Virus record (IMG/VR): IMGVR_UViG_3300037461_001120
Coordinates: 1 to 45,737 of that record
DNA length: 45,737 nucleotides
Origin: a virus
Taxonomy: Duplodnaviria > Caudoviricetes
Reading direction: 5' to 3' (one strand)
Shown here: positions 45,428-45,737 of the stretch, one piece after another
How positions within the stretch are numbered: the stretch's first letter is position 1
Layout: each line of letters starts with the position of its first letter
The notes under the pieces: generated by a model
The model's database searches: none
Told to the model about the DNA's origin: nothing
What the model saw: only the letters and a program-made list of their open reading frames with translations
Made by a program: the position numbers and the translations under genes

Positions 45428-45737
45428 GCCACACGCCAGGACCGTGGGGAATAGTGAACGTCACCGTCGACCAGGTAATGGCTTGGAAACCTTGCGCCGA
45501 ATACACCCGCCAGCGGGTAGAAGCGCTTTTCGCGGGCCGGGAAAGCCTGTCCCCTCCGGACGTCGCCGCGCTCAACATCCCGTTGCAGGACAAGCTCTGG
45601 GCTCTTCTGCACCTGCTGGACGAGCGCGAGCAACGCCTCTTCGCCTGCTGGTGCGTGCGAAATACGCCGCTGGCGGACGGCAGGGTCGTGTGGGATCTGC
45701 TCACTGACGAGCGGTCCCGGCGTGCCGTCGAGGTGGC
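45424..45737 (+). CDS. 5' part of the Ala/Trp-repeat protein (continues at 1-503)
   Basis: GAGGAGG RBS; MSHTPGPW start; open through the window end. Confidence 0.8.
   Translation, partial: MSHTPGPWGIVNVTVDQVMAWKPCAEYTRQRVEALFAGRESLSPPDVAALNIPLQDKLWALLHLLDEREQRLFACWCVRNTPLADGRVVWDLLTDERSRRAVEV
45614..45737. repeat. Terminal direct repeat / circular assembly overlap (copy 2)
   Basis: Identical to 1-124. Confidence 0.95.

Overview
The window looks like a complete, circularly assembled, GC-rich dsDNA phage genome of about 45.6 kb: bases 1-124 are repeated exactly at 45614-45737. Its architecture is podovirus-like. The minus strand carries terminase, portal, scaffold, major capsid, a His-repeat decoration/fibre protein, adaptor, nozzle, tail fibre, a lysis cassette and three ejection-type proteins (one of 2753 aa). 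A second minus-strand operon carries recombination and replication genes (Rad50/SbcC-like ATPase, RecT-like annealase, MBL nuclease, RusA, SSB, initiator, DnaB). The plus strand carries many small early genes and a separate RadC/JAB mini-operon. I recognised no integrase, repressor, DNA polymerase or tRNA. The most notable element is a 1.3-kb cassette (8177-9498) between ssb and the initiator. It encodes a stand-alone RAMP/Cas7-like protein and a small winged-helix-like protein, flanked on both sides by non-coding arrays of 5-nt period (GGY-NN)n. The arrays form four units separated by GGT-TCA(A/G)-GGC, and only the NN dinucleotides vary. This looks like a minimal RNA-guided system with a non-contiguous guide code, apparently of the VIPR type as I recall it. 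All protein calls rest on motif recognition by eye, not on database searches.
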